DNA of 63,994 nt, filler included, from Fonticula-like sp. SCN 57-25 (lineage: Eukaryota): the NCBI GenBank assembly GCA_001724245.1. It is 8 parts of 8 records of this genome, joined end to end, with 100 filler letters (N's around TTAATTAATTAA, not from the genome) between each part and the next. Parts side by side here need not be neighbours in the genome. Positions count along the whole stretch, not along the records: positions 57,645 to 63,994 come from MEDX01000458.1; 7 more parts are not named here. One strand, given 5' to 3'. This document shows positions 58,320 to 63,994 of the stretch, in pieces. Position 1 is the stretch's first letter; each line of letters starts with the position of its first letter. The notes under the pieces were generated by a model, which saw only the letters and a list, made by a program, of their open reading frames with translations, had not been told where the DNA came from and searched no databases. The position numbers and the translations under genes were made by a program.

Positions 58320-58532
58320 TCAGTATCCTTTGTTTCCGCTGAAACGCGTCCGCGCATCCATCCATGATCGGCGGCATTCAAAGTAGCTGTTTCTCAGCAG
58401 CGTGCATTCAAACGGAACTCCCTCCGCGTCAGACTTGAGACATTCCTTGAACGACTTGCCCGACTTCCAGCACTCCGACTCTTGAATGCAGCGCGCCAGC
58501 TCAGCCCGCAGCCCCGAGCACGACGACGACAT
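58320..58532 (-). CDS. COA5: Cytochrome c oxidase assembly factor COA5/PET191
   Basis: MSSSCSGLRAELARCIQESEC...FKECL...ECTLLRNSYFECRRSWMDARTRFSGNKGY* with the family's Cys pattern. Confidence 0.88.
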   Translation of the reverse strand: MSSSCSGLRAELARCIQESECWKSGKSFKECLKSDAEGVPFECTLLRNSYFECRRSWMDARTRFSGNKGY

Positions 58533-58785
58533 CGGCACCGGACGACAAACGACGAAATGATGAGTCAGCAACAAGTCTACAACGATGTGTCACCATTTAC
58601 CTTTTTTTGTCGGTCGGCATCGTCCACCAACGTAGTTGCATCGAAATTCATGTTGACATGTATATCAAAAAAATGGACCAGAAAGCAAGCCGGACAAGGC
58701 AATGTACAGTACTTGTATTGATAAAAAAATGATAAACATGAACACGTCATCAAAAATAGCAGCAACTAACAAACTACCCGCGATC

Positions 58786-61700
58786 TTACAAGACGTCCAT
58801 TGACGGCGCCTGGCTCGGCTCATTTCCCACCGCCTCCACGCTCTCCTTTTGCACCACCACTGCTGCTGTCGTCGCGGGCGCCTCCCTTTGCAGGGGCGCC
58901 TCCCTTTGCTGGGGCGCGGCCGGGGCGACCGGTGTGGCCTCGGTGTGAGCGGCCGCCGTCTCGTCCGGGAAGAGCTCCTGCTGCATGGACGGGAGGAAGC
59001 TACCAATGGAAGTCCACGTGGCTGTCCACAGTGGCTCGCGAACAGCGCGATTAGCAGGGTCGGTTGCCGGGTCGACGAGGACGGCGCTCGTGGACATGAC
59101 GAGCAGCATGTTTTTGAGGGACTCGCGCAGCGTATCCGTCTACGGCGAGTCAGTTAATGGGAAACAAAAGGAAAGCAGGCAGGAGGCAATGATGAATGGA
59201 ATCAAGGAATAACAGCAAAACCGCGCACAACGGGCATAAATATCTTTTAAAAATATCAAAACGAGACGCTAAAAACACCACCAAACGCATAAACCAAATA
59301 ACACTTGACGCACCAGTTGGTCGCTGTTGAGCGCAATGTACCGCTGCACGTAGTCGATGACGCGCATCCAAAGCGCAACGAAATCGCTTCTCTGCGCGAG
59401 CGCGGCAAGGTCGTGCAAAAACAGTTTGCACATCATATTGCACGCCCTGATCCGCACCTCCTCGAGCCCCTCCCCCCCCTGCAAGTCCGCCGCGGCCACC
59501 GGGCTCGCAAGCAGATTATCGAGCAGCGGGAACACGAGCAGGTGAAAGCACGCCGCCTTTTGCTCGGGCGCGAGCGCGGCCAAGTCCGGCAACATGAGCG
59601 TCTTTTGTAGCAGCGTGAGCGCCGCGGCGCGCACCGGCCGCAGCGGGTGGCAGCTGTTCTGTCCAAGCCCCGTCAGAACCTTGAGCCAGCACCGCTCAAA
59701 CAGCCACAGCGTTGTCCGCACTTCGTCATCAACATTGGAAGCAGCATCGCCGCCCTGCGGCCGCACTGGGAAAGGAAGCGACTCTGGCGGGCACGACTGC
59801 AAGACGCGCGCCCTAAAGTCTCCAACGCGCATCGCAAGCCCAGCGAGCATCGTGAGCGCCTTGATCGCGCGCAGCGACGGAGCCTGCGCGTCCTCGCGCG
59901 ACGACGCGACGGGCGTTCCGCTGCGCGACACGCCGCCCGCCGCCTGCTGCGCAGGGCTGGAGCGCGCTGCCGCACTAATCGACGCGCGCGTTTGGGGCGC
60001 CGCCTCTGCAATGACGCGGAGAAGCAGCTCGGCTACGTCACCAAAGACTTCGAAAGGCTCTGCAAAGAGCGAGGCCTCGCCGTCGTCAAAGAGGAACGCG
60101 ACGAGCTCGCACGCGATGGCGGCCGCATCGGCGTTGCCGGCGCAGGCACGCAGCACGGTAAGGATTGCGCGCCATAAGGCTCCGCTGCGCATGTTTGCCC
60201 AGTGCGCCCGGACAAACACATCGACGCCCGATGCACGGTGCACCGCCGTCTGCGCATCGATCGCCGGCGACGCGGGCGACGCGAGCAGGCGAATCGTCTC
60301 AACGAGTGATGGCGCCATGGCGTCTGATTGGACGAGACGGTGGGCAAGGCGGAAGACACTGACGTGAGCGCGCTCGATTAGGAGCGGCGGCGCGTGCGCG
60401 TCGGACAGCACGAGCATTAGGTGCGCATGCAGAGGCGCCCAGATGCGCGGCGCGCGGTCCTTGTTGCGCAGCACGACGCGCACCATCGTTTCGAGCAGGA
60501 GCGGGGCCGCGACAGGGTCGAGTACGGTGGCGCCGTCCGGCCCAATTGGCGTGCGCGACGCCGCCGCAAGGGCACTCAGCAAATGCGTCACGGAGCTCTC
60601 GGTCAGCACGTCCGTCTCCTCCAGCAGCTCGGGGACGGCGCAGGCAGCGGCGCACTCTCGCGCGGCCTTGAGCGCCGCCTCATACTCGGCATTGTCGCTG
60701 CTACCCTGCCATAGAAAAGAAAATAGGCCTCCGTTGCGCGCAGGCGGCCGGTCGGCGGGCTGAGGTAGCTCGGCGCGGTTCCCTTGCATGTCCTCGACGA
60801 CAAATATGCTCGAGGGGAGAAGGCGGTGCGACAAAAGTGTGCACACTGACGCGACAATGTTGGACCAGTGGGAAGCGAGGCTGCTCCCGTGGTGGCGCGC
60901 AAGCTCAAACATGATCACGGCGGCAGCGCGCGCATTCGCATCAGAGCCAAACTTTAGCATAAAGTCGGCGTCGGACGCGCCGCCCTGCAAGAGACTCATC
61001 TGGGCAAGCTCGTCCATCACCGCCTCGAGCACATCCGCCTGCTCATAGTGCGCGGCGACGCTCGCCAGCAGGCCAAGTGCAGAAAGAGTCCGCCTATGAG
61101 ATCATGTGAGCTGACAGGCAAGCCATGCATTAAAGGTCGGCAACGGAGGGCGCGTACGGTAAGAGTGACTGGGAAACCTGGTCGGCTAACGACCGCGGTT
61201 CGCGCTGTTTCCTGAGAAGCGCGACAAGTCCCTCCAGCAGCGTCGGGGCGACCGACACGAACAGCTCCCTATCGTATATATTTGTTGCGCACGGCGTCAT
61301 CGGCCCGACTGCCTTGTCCGTGTTGAGCAGCTTGCGCCAGCGGTAGTCCTCGCCGACTGCGTTGTCATGCTCCTCGGGTAGCACAATCTCATTCGAACGG
61401 ATGTTTTCGTAGATCGCCTGGAGGAACTCGGGCGCGAAATCGCCACCCGCATTGGTCTTTCTATGATTACGTGTAAAGTCTTCTAGCGTCATGCGCTTCC
61501 TCACCTGCGGGTTGTGCTGGAAAAAAGACAAGTTAGACAAAGGGCACGCTCCCAATAAAGTGTCGCACCTGGTCCGTGTTGAGCATCATGATGCCGTAGG
61601 AGAGGATAAAGCAGGCGTCCTTGTCTGCAATATCGGCCACCGGCACTGACACGTACTCTGCGGCGAATGCGTCCATGATGCGCTCGATGGGCTGCGACTC

Positions 61701-63742
61701 GCCCGGGAGCCGCAGCGACTCGAGGAACATGCGTAGCGCCTCGTCGACCCGCAGGTGGTGAAAGTCAAACGCCTTTGCGAAAGCCGACAAAAGCGCTTCG
61801 TTACCGAGCTTTGAAACAAACTCACCAATCACCTGCTTTGACATTGTTGGCGTCGTGCGGAGCAGCGCCGCAATCTCATCGTGCGCCGTCTCGCTCGACA
61901 CGACGCCCTGCTCCACAAAGTATACAATTCCCTTCTTGGCCGACTCATTGAACAGCTGAACGCCAGTCTGGAACACGCGCTTCCTCGCGCGCCTCTGCTG
62001 CAGCTCCACCTGCGACAGCATCGCAACACCGCCCCCGTTCTTTCTCGCGTCGCGCCTCCCCTGGCAGCGCTCCTGGAGCTGCGAGAGAAATGCGGTGACA
62101 AGCTCGAGCGCGTACGCGCTGCTGCTGACACTCGCGTTGGACACGCTGCCGCGCGCGAGCGCCACGAGGAATCGCACGAGCTCGTCCATGACGTCGCTGG
62201 CGTGCGGCGCACAGTCAAAGTTGACGTAGAGCGACACGTAAAAGTAGGGCGCAGCAGCGAGGTGCCCGATGGCGAGGAGCAGCTGCTCGCGCTGGTCCAC
62301 CTGCTCGGGAGTTGGCACGTATGCGACGCCGTTGCTCGCAGCGAGCGCCACAGCGCGCGGGTCGTCCTGCATGCGCCGCAGAGCGTGCACCAAAAAATAC
62401 TCTATATGCGCGCGTAGAGCGCCGCCGCTGACACTAAAGAGGAGCAGCGTCGCGCGTAGCGCCAGAGACAGTAGGACCGACCCGCGTGGCTCTTTGGCCA
62501 TGACAACTGCAAACAGGTTCCGCGCAAGGCCGTCGCACACGAGCCGCCTCAGCGACGGAAGGCGCATCACCGATCGGCCGCTCAGCTCGAGCATTAGGCG
62601 CGCAACGGTCAGCGCCATTGCGCGCATCGTGTCCGTGTTGGCCATGTTGTTTGGGTCAATCAACTTGCACAAACGCGCGATCAGCTCGCGCGCGCTGACA
62701 ATGCCGAACGCGCGGCGGGGCGCGGAGAGCGATAGCGACGACGAAACAGAGGCGAGCGGAACGTCGGGGCTCGACGGCCGTGAGGCTGCCCCGTCATCAT
62801 CCATACTTGCTGATGTTGGGGAGGACGGTACAGAGGCCGCCGGGGACGCGGGGCGGCCGCGCACGGGGTCCCACTGCGCATTGTCCTTGAGGATGACGCC
62901 AACGGCCACGCGTGCATCCGCGTCGTCGTCCGCAGAAAGTGACTTTACGCGGCTAAAGATCACCCGCACGATGATGGCCAGCGTGTGCTCGGCCGCGCGA
63001 CGAACCTGCTCGCTGATGCGCATCTGCGAGCACATAACAAAGCACGTCTCCATCATCTTGCAAACGGCCTCGTCAGTGAGGAACGCACCGGCGTTCGACT
63101 CCAGGCACGACTCGAGGACCTGAAGGAAGCGCATCAGGACGACGCCGTCGGCCTCGGCATCGGTCGGCTCAAACTTAAAGTTTGTAACCGAATCAGCAAA
63201 GGAGGCCATCATATCGGTCAGCTGCTCGGGTGTCCCTTGAAGAAGATTATACGAAAGAAATTTTGTTAGCGAAGTGAAAACTGCGCTCGCGATCGGTCCT
63301 GTCGTGTTGCCCGAGCTCAGCAGGTCAAGAAATGGAGACAGGATCACAGGGAGAGTCAGCGGCGTCGGGGAATCGGCGCCCGGCGCAGTCGCATGAAATA
63401 CGTGAGAAATATCATAGGAAAGGGACTGTGTCGACTCGCTCAGGTCCATGATCTCGCCGCGTACAGATTCGAGAAGCTGCCGAAGAACGACAAGGCGACC
63501 CTCCCACGGACTGCTCGCAAAGCGATCATTGCGACGAAGCGCAGCGGTTAACGAAAGGATCTCGCCATGGACAATCTAAGAAATCGCGCCATAGAGTGTC
63601 AGAAGTGATAGCTAAGCGGAAATGGGGAGAGCGGGGTAATGCGCAGCGGTGCCGCTGCAAGTCATTCCAACCGTGGGGTGCAGAGCATGCGCACCTCGGA
63701 CCAAAGCGCATCCGCAATGTAGGTGCCCGCGGCGCCGCTCAT
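58786..63742 (-). CDS. GBF1: Large Sec7-domain ArfGEF of the GBF1/Gea type, multi-exon
   Basis: IVHGEILSLTAALRRNDRF, TTGPIAS, LYVNFDC, Sec7 motif FLESLRLPGESQPIERIM, MLNTDQ|HNPQVRKRMT, ESLKNMLLVM, LWTATW. Confidence 0.93.
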
Positions 63743-63994
63743 TCCAGACAACGTATAACTATACTACACTCGGCTGAGCGAACACTCCCTCCTCGCTCTG
63801 CTAGCAGCGTGTATCTCCTCGCCAGGACAAACGGCTTCGTACTTGTGGTCTCGCCTGCGGCGGCAAGAGTTCAGGACGCCCACTACCAACTGTGCACAAT
63901 ACTGTGGCACGTATGCAAACTGGTTTGCAGGTACGTGTCTTGTTAACAGTCGCTGTCAGTTGCGCACAATACTGTGACAAGTGTGCAATGGCAC

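Noticed and set aside
58323-58331. GTATCCTTT as a U12 intron donor
   Set aside because: It lies antisense to the last codons of COA5, with no plus-strand gene or U12 branch site in context.

Overview
Eukaryotic draft-assembly sequence, not one continuous locus. Eight unrelated contigs are joined by seven 100-nt artificial spacers (N44-TTAATTAATTAA-N44). The genome is compact, with short GT-AG introns (donor usually GTACGY/GTGCGY, branch CTAAC/CTGAC) and many head-to-head gene pairs. Gene content (AP-4 epsilon, syntaxin-17-like, TMEM129, REPS-like, ETT1/Nro1-like, CBA1-like, a TKL receptor kinase) suggests a unicellular opisthokont, possibly a nucleariid or other early holomycotan; this is inference. 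Most genes are housekeeping: PDA1, ALG10, SAM carrier, myosin light chain, MPE1/RBBP6, ARPC2, RPL7, NIPA, PPOX, SNF2/BRM, EMC4, EFL1, COA5, GBF1. The main leads are: (1) introns built from A/T tracts phased at about 10.5 bp (PATC-like); (2) an approximately 860-codon multi-pass membrane gene with an in-frame TAG; (3) a CCCH-DEAH helicase-RBR ligase fusion split by a frameshift; (4) a receptor kinase with a bacterial-type DNRLRE/CBM96-like head and 21 Cys repeats; (5) a GC-AG intron placed so that retention gives a DWNN-only MPE1; (6) an intron-containing tRNA-Gln with a 28-nt tandem duplication, in the one contig that breaks the length ordering; (7) TCACGTGA boxes right next to start codons. 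All homology calls come from reading motifs by eye; no database search was run.
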